This document shows positions 1 through 13,319 of a DNA stretch of 64,000 nt, one piece after another; position 1 is the first letter of the stretch, and each line of letters opens with the position of its first letter. This DNA comes from Ptychomitrium polyphyllum. Its lineage: Eukaryota. Below the pieces are notes generated by a model, which saw only the letters and a list, made by a program, of their open reading frames with translations, was not told where the DNA came from and did not search any database. Where the stretch lies: the NCBI GenBank assembly GCA_973851085.1, contig OZ316775.1, forward strand, positions 6,262,001-6,326,000. The letters are read 5' to 3'. Both the position numbers and the translations under genes were made by a program.

Positions 1-1691
1 CTCTGAGCGTCGCAAGCAACAACAACAACCCACTACTCGACCCCACAACCCAAGCATATGAGAGCAAAAACTTTGGGAATTTTGATGCCGTCTCTCTCTG
101 TTCTCTTATCTTGGTGTCTGGTTAATAACGTAAGTGTTTCCAGATCTCTCGAGTGTTTAGTCCCGGAGATAAGTTGTTGTTGGAATTCAGATGTAAAGTT
201 GGAAGATTTAGTTAGTTAGTCAGTTAGCAAGCATGCCAGGAGTTCGTTGCAACGAGACATTAATTGTTGACTACAGCTCGACGTTGTCAGACTACCGCTG
301 CTAGGGTTGCAGGTCGTGTGATCTCTGTAGTTTTAAGTTAAGCCATATTTTCTCTTGGCATGTATATTAGTAGAATGACTCGGTGCTGTACGGTTAATGA
401 TCTGTTGATTGAACATCCGAGCACCATCTGCTTGCTGGGTTGTAACTCTGATTAGTTCAAGAATAAAGCAAAAAAAAGAATTTGTTCGAGCAGCTGTGTT
501 TCTTAATTGTGACCTAGCATGAGGTGCTGTCCCGAAGAACCCTAGATGTTGTTGGTAACACTTTCTATGCAATTTTCTTAGTCTTCAGCTAAAGATGTGA
601 GGGAGTAAAACATTTCAGATACTCTGTTTTCAGGATTTTAGGTTTAACTTACGAGCGTTCTTTTCAGAGTTATGAAACTTGTTGACTGATGGTGGTGTTG
701 CTTTGTGAATTCGAATACCGTTGCAACTGTATTAGCAATTGACAGACATGGTTTAGCTGGTTACTACTTCACAGATTACACCAGATAAGAACTATACAGT
801 CGTTATGCTAATCATGGCTCTCAGAATGTGTTGCATCCACCCTATTCTTGAACCTGTACGTTATGATTTTCCATCTTCATCCTCATTATCAGGTGATATC
901 ATTGTAGTTGTGCATTAGAACATTTTCTATGCATTTGCATAAACCGCTCCAGATTCAATGATCTGCAAACTTTTTTCTCTGCTTGCAATCCGACGCAATT
1001 CTTCCAAGAACTTAATTTACTTTAAGTTCACGTAAGAGCCGAGCTTCTGAATTTGAGACGAGAAAAGCGAGTGATCTATGTCAGTGCTGAGCCTGATCCG
1101 TTGCATAAAAAAGATATAGAATAAGCATTGACGCTTGATGTTGAGACAGGAACAGCAGCAAGCTTTGAGAAGACTACTCAGTTGAATGATCGAGAGGAAG
1201 CTTTCAGGCAATTTCATTGATGGTATGATGAAAGTGCATCGCGTTGGTTCCTCAACAGCGTGCAGCTTTGAACGGCTATGGCTCCTAGGATGTTGAGGAT
1301 TAATGACCTCGATTTCACCAAACTTGTGCGGGTGGCTCAAACCAAGCACAGGGGTTGACCACAACTTTTCTGTGGATGCTGACGACCAGTTTTCCGTGTC
1401 CCATGACATCGGGTTGTAGCAAAACGGATGTGGCTGTGGGGATGTCACTGTTGGTGGTTTTACAGTACATGAAGGACTAGGTAGAAAAGCCTTCAGCTGA
1501 TCGCCTCTGGGGTGGGATTGCAGAGACTAGGGTTGTTGGGTTTCGGCTATGTTCAAAGTAATGCAGTTGAAGAACGTCAATTGGGGTCCGTAAGGAATTT
1601 GGATTCAGAGTAGAAGGACGCCTGGAAATTTGTGAAGACTTGAGCTTGTGGGGTTTAGCGAGATTTTTATCTGTCTTAGAATTGGATCGAG

Positions 1692-3463
1692 ATGCTACAA
1701 GCAACGGGATTGAGGGTGGAGAGTGTGAGGAGTTTTGCAAGTAGTAGTTTCCGGGTTGTGAATCCTCTTGTGCGCAAGCAAGGATGCCAGAGCGCTTGCA
1801 TCGTAGTTGCCGCGACGACGAAGGTCAAGCCTAAACTCACGAGGCTAAGGAAAGACGAGATTGGGCAAGTGTTGCCATGGACAGGCTCTGGGGAGCAGAG
1901 GCTGCAGAAGCTGGGTACGCCCGCAACATGGATGACGCGGTTGGCGATCTCGTTGGCAGGGTCCGCCATGTTCTACAACTACAACACCATGGCCGCTGCT
2001 ATGGCGTCCTTGTATTGGGCTTGGGATCCCCTGCTGAGCACCACATTCGCCAACACCTCTCTCCGGCTTCAGTACCCTTATGCAGGCCTTTGGAGAGCTC
2101 GGGTGCTGTCCGCGAAGGTGGTGAAGCCGGTGCAAAGGCCTCGGAGCGACGACGTGTTTCAAGAGATTTTTGAGTCACAGTCTTCTATTATCAAACCATT
2201 TCTGAAACTTGTAATAGGGGACGGAAGCTCAGCTACTCTCGAGGTATTTAACCTCCGCTTTTGTGCTTTTTCCCTGTTGGTATAGTCCAGGTTAGGTAAT
2301 TCTTATTCCAAAACTCTCTGACAGTGACTTAGTTTTTCTTCAGATGAAGGTAGGTTTGCCCAGCAAGAAGAACCAGGTGCAAGTCGGGGAGGCAGTGGAG
2401 GTTCTTGTCTTGTCAGACATCAAGAGCCTTTCCCGTTTTATGGCTGTTCGCGACGTCTATCTCCCAGGTATGGGCCTCTGGCTTTCGGAAGACCCTTGCA
2501 TTGAGAGGCCGGTGTTTGAGGAGTTGATTGAGACCTTGAGGGCGGGCTTTTCTTCGTCTCCTACCACGCCAGCTTTGAAGGTAACCTTGAAGTATTTACC
2601 TTCCATGCATTTGGGTTCACCGCATCGGCATATAATTGCGCACGATTGGTATGGTTATCAAACCTGGATTGATGTGGCGTGTGGTCACGCAGGGCCGAGA
2701 TACACAGGTTGTGAAGTCCAGGTCATCAGATTCGGTAGACATGATACCTGAGAGTAGTTTGGATCAAAGGGACTTCGCGCCTGAGCGGCAGACTGCAAAG
2801 AGGTGGCAGCTAACGCAGCTAGATTATGAGGAATTCGAGAGTGCTGTAGATGAAGATCCCAAGTTGCAAACCTTGAGAAGATTGAGCCAAAGGCCAAAAG
2901 ATGGAGAATCGCAAAGGCGTGCACAAGCAGATGTATATGGTCCACCTAGGCAGTTTATGAAGATGCAGGAATATAGCTCCGATTCGGAGAATTTCTGGGA
3001 GCAAGACAATAGCAACATGGTTGGAACTTCTGGTCAATCAAAACAACTAGAAGTATCTGTGAATGATGAGGATGATGCACAGGTAGCTGATGAGAGTGAT
3101 TTTGATAAAGAGCCGAAGGTGCAGGCTCCGATAAGATTAGGTCAAGAGCCTCAAAAACTAGAGTTACAGAGGAGGTTACAAGCAGACGCCTATGGTCCAC
3201 CAATGCAATATATGAGGATGCAGGAATATGGTTCCGAGGTGGAGGAGGGACGGGAGCAAGACAACAGTAACATGCTTGGTGCTGCAGGGCAATTAAAAGA
3301 ACCAGAGGTATTTGTGGTTGATGAGAATGATGCACAGGTACCTGATGATAATGTGAAGTCAAGGCAGGCTGAGCAGCTGACCACAGTTGATGAATTTCTA
3401 GGGAGTGGACTCAATGAAGTGCGAATGAGGGATGTTGAGCTGGTACAAGAGGAAGAGTTTTGA
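1692..3463 (+). CDS. Putative plastid-targeted protein of a conserved cyanobacterial/algal hypothetical family, with an acidic duplicated C-terminal extension. Exons about 1692-2243, 2344-2580, 2708-3463.
   Basis: Three ORFs join in phase 0 across GT-AG introns (GAG|gtattt..cag|ATG; AAG|gtaacc..cag|GTT). The N-terminus is Ser/Arg-rich like a transit peptide. The motif YWAWDPL..N..LR..YPYAGLWRARVL resembles, from memory, a cyanobacterial conserved membrane protein. Confidence 0.7.
2912..3347 (+). repeat. Intragenic tandem duplication: ~60-codon unit, 255-nt offset
   Basis: RRAQADVYGPPRQFMKMQEYSSDSENFWEQDNSNMVG..DAQVAD versus RRLQADAYGPPMQYMRMQEYGSEVEEGREQDNSNMLG..DAQVPD. The anchor caagcaga occurs at 2924 and 3179. 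Confidence 0.9.
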
Positions 3464-4951
3464 CCTTTAAGAGGGATATAAGTGTGACGGGAAATCTGAG
3501 AGTGTTTAGCATTAACTCCGAAAATCTCGCCCTTCCTAGGAGTGAACAAATTGGCAATGTCATTGTGAGCGAACCAGTAACGGCTGCAAGTATAGGGTTT
3601 ACTCCACAACAATGAAGAAGCTCTCAACTCTTGATCAACCTTGGAAACTGTAGAGCGACGTGGAAGCCAAATGATTGAGGCACATCAGGATGCGTAAGCA
3701 TTGGGGTCGAAATTCGGCACGGCAGGCGTAACAAGAAGAAACTCGAAAGACAAGAAACTGTTTTGTGTCAGATTTTTTGTCGTTCGAGTGACTAACTGCT
3801 GCTGGAGACTTTGCGCATAAGATTATAAACTTTGACATATAGGGAAAAACACCTTGTGAGCAGGAAGTGATGACGAAAGGAATTCGTCCAATGAATTTAA
3901 GAACGAACTAATGTCAAGTTAGGGTGACAAGGTAACTGAAGAGAGTTCCTCGTCCTTAAAGAAGCTGCCCTTTTGCTAAAGTTTGTGAGGGATGTGCAAC
4001 TTCTCATTCCCAAGGATGCCAAGGAAATGCCTACTTTCTAAGATTTGAGGTAAGGAGATGAAAGCCATTCATGAAAATGTGTTACTACACAAGGTCTGCA
4101 AGTAGAAATTGGATATATAAGCAGTATTGACAGAAGTTAACATGCTTTGCCTTTTCAGGGGCCCTTGCCATACGCAAAGTATTGCCTCCATTCCAGTGTA
4201 AGGGTAAAATGCCTTGTGATGTACGATATTTTTGTAAGGGAGTGAAGTAATATAATGTTTACATTCTTGCTCAAATGAAGTGCATGTGTGTAGAAGTTTA
4301 AGTTCCCGTAAATGCAGATTGATACATGCTAGTGCTGCTTTTTAATTTGACTCCTTCTCATGCTCTATGGAAACTGATGATACGCATTTTGAGAAGTCGA
4401 CATATATATGTCATGTAGAATGAGTTACTTCGCTCTGCTATACCCTACCAATGAACTGAAGCATCATTGAGACTGTTTTATTAGGTTTGGGCGCCTGTGA
4501 GCTGCATTGGAATGAAATTGCAATTACATGTGTACTCATCATCAGAACTGCATTTTGGTTCATATATGCAGGCTGTTCACTATGCATAATTGGCGAATCC
4601 TTGTGCGGTGTGCTTAGTGTTTGTCAGATAGCTGAAACTGATTTCATTTTGTGACGTGGTATTCATTGTTTGAAGGGCGCCGGTAACACACTCTAGATTG
4701 AAAGTGTGTGGATGTTGTGTCAGAGATGATATCATTGACCAGACAATGCAGGTGACAAGGTAGTCTTGAATCGCATTCTTTGGAGCAGGCACGTGTGACA
4801 TTTTATAAAACGTGATCAACACTCTACATTTTTTTCAATTTAAACATGCACAGTCATGTACTACAACACTTGGTTACGCGCGACGACCACCAAAACTGCA
4901 CTACTTACAGGAATGTCGCCGATGATCTCAAACCGTGTTTTCTCTCTTCTG

Positions 4952-7179
4952 TCAAAGCAGAAGCAGTGGTAGAGAATGCTCACAAGCTGTAGGACTCTGA
5001 GGTTGCCTTGATATTATGCATACGGGCGCTTCTTGTTCTGGTGTTGCAGTTGGGTTCAACTCAGCGGATAAGGTGTTATCAGCTTCAGGCGGAAGGGAGC
5101 AAGGCAGGAGAGCCGCCATCAATAGAGGTCCGGGGTTGGCACCATTGTTTCTGGAAGTGGAGGCCGCAGCAGTCATTGCAAATGTTTCACGCAGTCTTGT
5201 TATCTCTGAGGTTGCCAGTGCCAGCTGCGCCTGCAGGTGCGCCACCTGTCAGGCCCCTCCTGCGTTCAACATTCTTCTACGTTTCTTTGCCTGTCTTGTC
5301 AGCCTTTTTTCACTCCATCTCTCAAGAACTCGTCTAATTTTAAATTATTCAGTCAACTTGTCAAGCAAAGGAATTGGTCTGCTACCTGCTCAAGAAACTG
5401 AATAATGACAGTCTGGAGTGACAGGTTGGTTGGTTTGATCGAAGCTGGGATGTCTGACAACTCGTGGAAAAATTTACTGACAGAGCAGAGCTGAATTTTT
5501 CAAGGCTATGATACTTGATACCTTGGAGGAAGAACAAGAATTGATGGCGACCCTGATGCTCAGATGACACTCTGAAGATGAAGATGACGTGCATAGTGTT
5601 AACATTGCTGCATTGCAAGGGGAAACTGCGATGAGCTTTCAATAACCTCAAGCACTTAAAAAGAACAGTAGAAACCTAGTAGACTTGTCCGTCCTGTGAT
5701 TAGGAAATATCGACTTTACAAATTTCTGACACTTGCATGTTACTAGAATGTTGGAATTCCTGCAGGTACACGGTATCATAGCGTAATCTGATGGGGCGCA
5801 GAGGTTGTCCTTCTGGCACCTCTTGTCACCAAAATTGACCTAAAATAGTCTCCTAACGTTTTGCAATACAGTTGGGTTCATGAGGATTCAAATCATGTGG
5901 CGAAACAGAGTAGCAGCTGAAACCAGTGAAAGTGGTTAGTTAGACTATACTTGCACCACCTTCAGCTGCAATGCAAGCGAACTCTCAAGCCCAACGGACG
6001 TGCTATACTTTCTAAGTCTCTCGGAAAAATAGGGTTTTGCTTCAGACAGGTGAGTCTCTCTGTTCTACTACGACCAGTCTATGATGATAATCTTGGATTG
6101 TTATGTTCACGAATCACGTGTGAAGTACGTAGGTGAACTTGTGTTTGCAGAGCCACTAAATCTAAACATCTGGCGTCACGTCTTATGAGAAGATGCAGGT
6201 GAGATGAAGACAGTAGTGTTGAACGTCAGTGGAGAAAGAGATGGCTTAAGGGAGTACCTGCTGCTGAAGGACGGAGATGGAGCCAACACAGCCGTACACG
6301 GGATCTTGAACACGAGCATCAGCCTCGTAAGCAAGTGAATTCACGCAGTCTTCACGGTGGGGAGGTGGCAATTCATGCAGCATTTTGGTAACATTTGCGA
6401 CGCCAAACACCTATAACCCCCTTTAAATTCTCCAGACTTTCAATCTTCTATTCTCACAACGACGCACTACTACAGATTCGTTTCAGTATCAGTATTTGGC
6501 TGGGCTTCACTCATCCGCTTGTGATATTCTGCTATCACATGCTATCACATGTAATTTGTCTTCTCATCAAGAAGTTGCGTATTTTCTCTCTTTGCTCCAG
6601 GCACTACAGCTTCTTTGAAGTGACATATATAGCACCTTTGTGACAGAACGGGTGTAAAAGGAGTGGTATGCGATTAATAAACTCGGATCCCTATCAGATA
6701 AGTTCGTCTTTGACTTCTCATATAGTTCCTGTAGTCTAATGCAGTATGATCTAATTTTTCCTTGGATGTAGCACTACCTGAACATGCCTTGCAAAAATAG
6801 CTTGAGTTCATGAAAAATCTATAAAAAAGACCATCTTCTTATGTGCCCAGTTCAACGTGAGAACTTTGGCCAGTCTGTTTGGTGCCACTTTTGTCATGAA
6901 CTGTGAGTTTTGTCACTAATTTCTCCGGAAGAGCCGTGCATCATCTGGCATGCCTTCATGCAAATGTTCGCTTGTGCGTGGGTATGTAGAGGTAGAGAAG
7001 TAAATGGAGCGCACCTTGTGGACATGAGCAAATTTCTGAGGTTGGTCCGGAGGGAAGTAAGGAGCAAACAAGCACTGAGCAGTGCACTTGCGGCGCAGCA
7101 CTCTGCAAGCTGCACATGCCGGTGATGTCCCCTGCGCCGACGCCATCGCCATGCGTAGGCGATGGTATGGATGCTGCAT
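4952..7179 (-). CDS. LBD: Class I LOB-domain (LBD/ASL) transcription factor. Exons about 7179-7015, 6410-6258, 5245-4952.
   Basis: C-block CAACRVLRRKCTAQCLFAPYFP; FAHVHK|VFGVANVTKML; GAS block NSLAYEADARVQDPVYGCVGSISVLQQQ; leucine-zipper-like VAHLQAQLALATSEI. Splice sites are canonical and in phase 0. The exact start Met is uncertain. Confidence 0.93.
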
Positions 7180-8661
7180 CTACTCCCTCCTCCCCTCTGA
7201 TTCTTCTTCTTACATTCTACCACACCAATCTCCTTCATCTCCCTGTGCTACTCATCTTATCCTTCCCTCATCTTCACCCTTGCTATTTCCAACCTCTCCT
7301 TGCAATTCCCTTTTGACTCTAATTTTTGGATTGTTCCATGGTCATGCCTTTCACTTTCATGTGACTGCGGCATACTTTCGGTCTCTTCTACATTGCCTAC
7401 CTGCGCTGGCGGTTGGTCAACGGCTGTTCACTCTTTCTCTCTCTAGATCTCAAATGTGGAGTTTTCAATTTATCCTCATCTCCTATTTGAGTTAGAACTT
7501 AGTCTCACACCATTGTCACTCCTTTGTCACTTTTTCCTTAATTGATTGGACCATTTTTCAGTCAGTGTTGTGGCGTGTGGAATGTGTAGGTCTGTTCCAC
7601 CCTGTAAATCTGATATGTCTGCAGGTCCGATCCAAAAACTAGATCGCGGACTAGATGGAATTTGCCACCCCATGATTCCAACTGTCTAATCTGGTAATGC
7701 AAGATGTGAGATCAAAGGCGAGAAATTACAGCTGAACGTTTTACTGAAAAAGTTCACACTTCAGACATGCACACATAGCGTTATGCAAATCCCAAAGCCT
7801 TCTATCTGTTTCTAGAATTGGATTCTGGTTTGGAGAGAAAACAAGTGCAAGCTGTCATTTGTAATTCAGAAAAATGTCAAGGTCGTAACTAATCTGTTAC
7901 AAGTGATAACTTTTTCGCTAATTGTCGAACTTCCTCACAGTTTACTTCTACCTGAAGATGAGAAGGTTTAAACCAGAAGACCTATCACCGTTTAGAGCCT
8001 TGCAGCACTGGAGTTGAAGAGAAACCACTCTTAGTAAGTGAATCTGCACATGTATTGCAGCTGCATTCCTCTTCTGACTCCAGCATCCCCTCACAAGGAA
8101 TGGTTTCATAACCAGAATAAATTCAATGTGCATTAGGGGTTGTTACAGCAGCCTATTTCCAACTTCAAGGGATGGGCTACTGTGGCACCTCGACTAACCC
8201 AAGATAATGAAGATAAGAATAGGTATGAAAGCAGATGCTCTCCTGTCAAGTACCCATCTCCAGCTATATTTGTATTCAAATTGTGCCAACAAAGTAGACG
8301 CCCAAATCACAAGGAACTTTTTCGCTTTCAGAACAGTAAGCAAAACCTAGAATCCTGTGTAAACTTCTTAGGAACGTTAGATGTAAGCCAACGGTTTCGG
8401 AACAAATGGCAACATCTCTTTACAAATGCTACTACACCTGCCTTGCAATTAAATACAAGCAAAAAGATTTTATCCATAATACCAAAAATAAAAGTATCAG
8501 AGCAAATTAAGAAGTTTAAAAAAAAATCTCCATTCACAATTGCTTGAGAAAGTATAATCACATCATTGCCAAAACACAGGATCCTAAAAGCTAGCACTTC
8601 GTATTTATACAGGTGTACATACACAAGTCTGTTCTACAATGCATGCAAAGGCAGCTCCACG

Positions 8662-11600
8662 TTAGTCAATTTCAGAATGCACGTAATCCTTGAAAATAAA
8701 ATTCTTCTCGGCTTCCTTCAGAGTGTAAGCTAATGCAGCACTGACTAGGGCTCCAGCAGCCAGAATCGCCCGGACAGTAAAATCGGGGGGAACGCCTGCT
8801 CCAGCAGCAAAAACAATAGTACTTCCCCACAATATCTTTTGCCACAGCTGGAAATCCTTCTGCGCTTTTCTACAGGAGGAACATATGAGCGTGTGCTGCT
8901 CGAACCGGTTCAGCATCTGCGATCCATGACATATTTTCCACGTCAAATCAAGTGGACACCCATAAGCTATTATTCAAAGGCCTTGCCATTCATAATCAGT
9001 GAAGAAAGGATACAGAAGACACAACAATAAAGAGAAAGGATAAGGAAGACATAGCTAAGTAACTGGAATAGGAAATTCTCACAGAATTCATGGCACACTT
9101 GAAAGCAATCACAACTGATGCACTTGAACTACGTACCATTCCTAGATGTTACCCATTTCTGAACACCAACCTATTTAGACGCCTCAGCCTTAGTCAAAAT
9201 GTAATCCAGCTGGGACGGAAGAATACTTTAGAAGAACACGAAAGGAAAGCAGACCTGACGCTTCGAGAAAACAGTGGAAGGTGGAGGAAGTCCAACTTTG
9301 GCCTCTGAAAACCATTCTGGCCCTCCTTTGCCATGCCTTTTCAGCCAGTTACGAAAGGCAAGGACAAATCGATCTGCCTGTGTGGGTGTAAAGGTCAACT
9401 TGCTGTACTCGGCATTCACATCCCCTCCGTGCGATAAAAAACCCTTTTCTTGCCCTTGCAGTACAATCATATCGCCGTCATACACCAGGTTCGACGTCCA
9501 GTGCTCGTACCATCTCGGAGTGAGCTGCATGTGCGGCACTATAATCAGATCCGACTTCCACTTTGTTCAAGTCCTATACTTCACTATTAATGCTCGATGC
9601 AGTTATCGGCATCTCGAAGCAGGACTAAATACGGCATGAAACCATGTGTACGTCAAAATTGTAACCTCCTTACCTGCCACCACTTATCGCCTGGCATCGT
9701 GAATTGAAAGAAATTCCGAGCACTACATACAATGGACCTTGTCTTTCCAGGTGCCATAGGAATGTTGAAAGAACATATTAGAATCTCCCATTTCTGGTCT
9801 CCTAGAATAGGGAGTTTGACAGGAAGTTCGATCCTGCAACGTCAACAACACAGCCCTCAACTTGTTCTTTCAGTATACGAACTAATACAGCACACCAGAT
9901 GTTTTAAGTAGTATCTATGAGCTATTCAAAACATCCCCCATTCTCCAATGCACTCGGCTAATAATTTCAGTGATTATATGACATTGTAAAAAAACAGTAA
10001 CAGGCGGAAGAAAAACATTCTCATCAATTTACACTAACTCTCTAGAACGTAGCAAAGGTAAAATAAAACGTACTTGTTATAGTAGTAGCAGGGTGGATAA
10101 AAACCACTGGAGATTGTTGGGGTGTCATTGTTAGAACCAGCAAAACCCCACGGCCCACTCTTGTGCACCTTGAAGGGCAAAGGCTTGGCTCTGTCCCTTC
10201 TCCCGGTCACTTTGTGATGTGCAAAGTCGATATGCGACGGGTCTGACACGTTCTCCATTAGAGTGTCGTACCCATAGAACAAGTCTCGCTGTATTGTTAC
10301 GGTTGAGTATCTGGGGTCACTGAACTCTCCAGGCAGCCTGCCAAACGAGGGAAAACTTAGTGCTTGCAAAACTTCCATCACTATGTATATTTGAAACTAG
10401 AGGTGCGTTTAGTTTGAAAGCTGAAACTCTGAATGAGACCACATGAGTCACCCCATTTTCTGCAGTTGCAAGCTGTAATTGAAAGAAATACTAGAAGCAG
10501 TTTTTTTTTTTTAATTCTTAGACTTCATTCAAGTTCATGTCATATCCAACCCTCTAATCTAGTACATCATCCAAAAAGGTGAAATAATATACATTGGCAG
10601 TGTGGCCTTTGATGCATTCTCCCACCCCTTCTCATCAGGCCACACGAACAACAACCCTTGAGAGACTCGTGTAGGATAAGAGGCGGCACAAGCACGAGGC
10701 GAGAATCTGGCTTTGGCTTCAGGTCCCTCTTTGGCCGCCTGTGGAATGGCACCACAACTACCGTCTCCTTTGAAGGACCATCCATGATAAGAGCATTGCA
10801 ACATCCCTAACTCATCCAACCTTCCTTCCTGCTCATGATCAAATTCACTTCTTCAGCACAGACAAAAACCTCTCTGCAATTGTACACACGCTCTTTTTAG
10901 TATCCGATTATACACCATTCAACCCCCGCTTTTTCTAGATTACTTAATTTCAGAATCATTCTGCACCATGAAGACTGACTCATACATAATCTGTATCATA
11001 TAGACAGATATGCAAACTACTAGTTCATGAATACCACCTGACGAAGAAAACCATGACATGCAACTGAGGCATCTACAAACAAAACACAGCCAGAACTAGG
11101 TCACAGCTTCAGAAATACCAACTACTGGAACGAAACTCGCCGAGGTTTACGAAGTGGCTACGGATTTGGGAGCTTACAGAGAGAGGCGCCAGGCGATGCG
11201 GGCACTTATCCAGAAAGACACGCCACTCGCCTTGACTATCCTTCCACACCACGAGCTCTCGGCCCAGGAGCTGAAAAGGGGTGGGCACGGATGGATCCAA
11301 ATCCTCGATCAACGAAACTGGGTACCAGTGATCCTTCCACACGAACGCTTCGCCGCTCTTCTCCTTCTGCTCCTGCTTCTCCTCACCTGCATCTTGCTGC
11401 AACACCGCCTCCATACCCACACTGGGCTCACCCTCCTCCTTGGATGTGTCCGGATTCACAGGCGGCCACGGCGGCGGCGCAATGGTCGCCACTGTGGTCG
11501 TCTCCTTACAGACTCTCCGTTGCCTGCACTGCAGTCTCAGCCTCCTGGATTGCGCACTTTGCATAAACAAGGAGGAGCTTGCGGCGGCATAACTGGGCGA

Positions 11601-11669
11601 CGACGAGGGCCTTCGCACACAAGAACTCACCCACAGTAACGAAGATGCTGTTGCAGCCATGGCTGCCAT
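8662..11669 (-). CDS. PAO: Pheophorbide a oxygenase (Rieske-type oxygenase, chlorophyll breakdown). Exons about 11669-11178, 10828-10593, 10337-10074, 9833-9674, 9524-9255, 8916-8662.
   Basis: Transit peptide; Rieske motifs DKCPHRLAPLS and LQCSYHGW; mononuclear Fe site ENVSDPSHIDFAHHKVTG; PRWYEHWTSNLVYDGD; C-terminal HTLICSSC plus a transmembrane segment. Confidence 0.95.
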
Positions 11670-13319
11670 AGCTCGATGGCTCTACAAATTCACAACACTA
11701 AGCTATCACTCTACAAAGCCTTCACAAGAAACGTACCACTTGCATCAAAATGCCCTAATTGCAAGCTAATTGCACGCTTGCCATAGATTATAATCTCACG
11801 AAAAAGCTTCAAACTTTGTAACCAAATGCAGTTCCCTCGATCTTCGACAATCGAATTCAAGAGATGAATTGAACTAGGACAGGGAGGTCACATGCTACTG
11901 ATGACTGATGAACTAACTTCGACGACACGCCCTACTTGTCGAAAGGAAAACACCTTCACGGCTGTCATTTGTTCCCACACACTCGCGACATGGAAAGGCA
12001 ATTGGTGAGCTGGACGCCTCTCATTCGTTGGATGGATGTAAGCTTTTCGCTTGAAGCGGGCTAGCAACAAACTCCACTTTCACCCTCAACCTAACAATTT
12101 TCAGACACAAGTGACAACTCATGCAAACTACTTGAGATTAAGCTGTAGTTACGGAGAAACAGAGGACATCCATGATTGATTGGAATTGTGATTTAATCAT
12201 AATTTAAGCATGCGATGCGGGATGAAGTTCCAGTTCTCATGATGTCACTGAGGAACCGTAAGGTCGCACGTGGTTTGTCTTTGGGGACGTCTCAAAGAGA
12301 TCGAGTGACAGTTTTCGCTCCCCTTCAATCTCAACATTTTCGCTCTGAGCCCATCCATGGAAATCGGCGTTTAACATTTGGATCGTCAAGAACCCACCTA
12401 TCATCGCAGTTGCTGATGAATTGAGTCTTGAGTGGCGATCGATATTAGGGTATTGAAGTCGTCCGCTTGATGCATCGTGGATAGCAACGACGGAGCTTGA
12501 GAGTTGGAGTTGGTAGCAGAAAAGCAGCAGTGAAGCAGATTGCATGAAGAGCACCTGACATCGCAAGGGTACGAACTTCTCAACCTTCATGGCGTCGGAA
12601 GGACAGGGTTAATTGCTGCTGCATAAGTCAAATTTGCGTAGCTCAAGTTCTGTGACTTGGATTCTCATGTGGGACAGAGAGTTTCACATTTGGATATCCT
12701 TCTTGGCATTTTTTCACATCTGGATTTGACTCTAGGTTCCAGTTTACATATCTGTGCAACACTTGATAAAATCTAACTTTGGTTGTACGGTTATGTTTAG
12801 AGGAAATCTCAAGTGTGGGCAGTGTAGGAGACCAGTTCGTAGTTGTGTTGCGATCGAGTATCTTTCGAGGATTCCGGTGGACGACCAAAGGTATGCTGCA
12901 ACTGGTACGCTTCTCAGGATCTCTTCACCATTTCCAGGGGCCAAGTGTCAAGGCGTAAGGGCTACCCAGAATTTTCAATTATTTCATGTATTTGTGACTC
13001 GTTTCTCGCATTGCCATTGTCAATTATAAGAGATCACCGGGAATTTTTGATGCTGAAGTTTATAAACAGACACGTATGTATGTAATCGTAGGGCTGGTTG
13101 GACGTTCGTGTCCTTGTACGATCGATATGAAAGTTTCCGACACTACCAGTCATGTGGCGGCGAATGACAGGACACCTCGCCGTTTTGAATTTTGTTGTTC
13201 TATACAAAAGGCCTCTTAGAGTGCATTTGTGTAATGCAAGTTTCATTGATTGGCAGATTCCATTTCTGTTTGATCATCATAAGGAGCGGCCTTCAGGAAG
13301 CAGATTTGGTGGCGAAAGG

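Noticed and set aside
1017..1448. 143-aa minus-strand ORF
   Set aside because: Non-ATG start and no recognisable homology; the region looks like 5' UTR or intron of the + strand gene at 1692.
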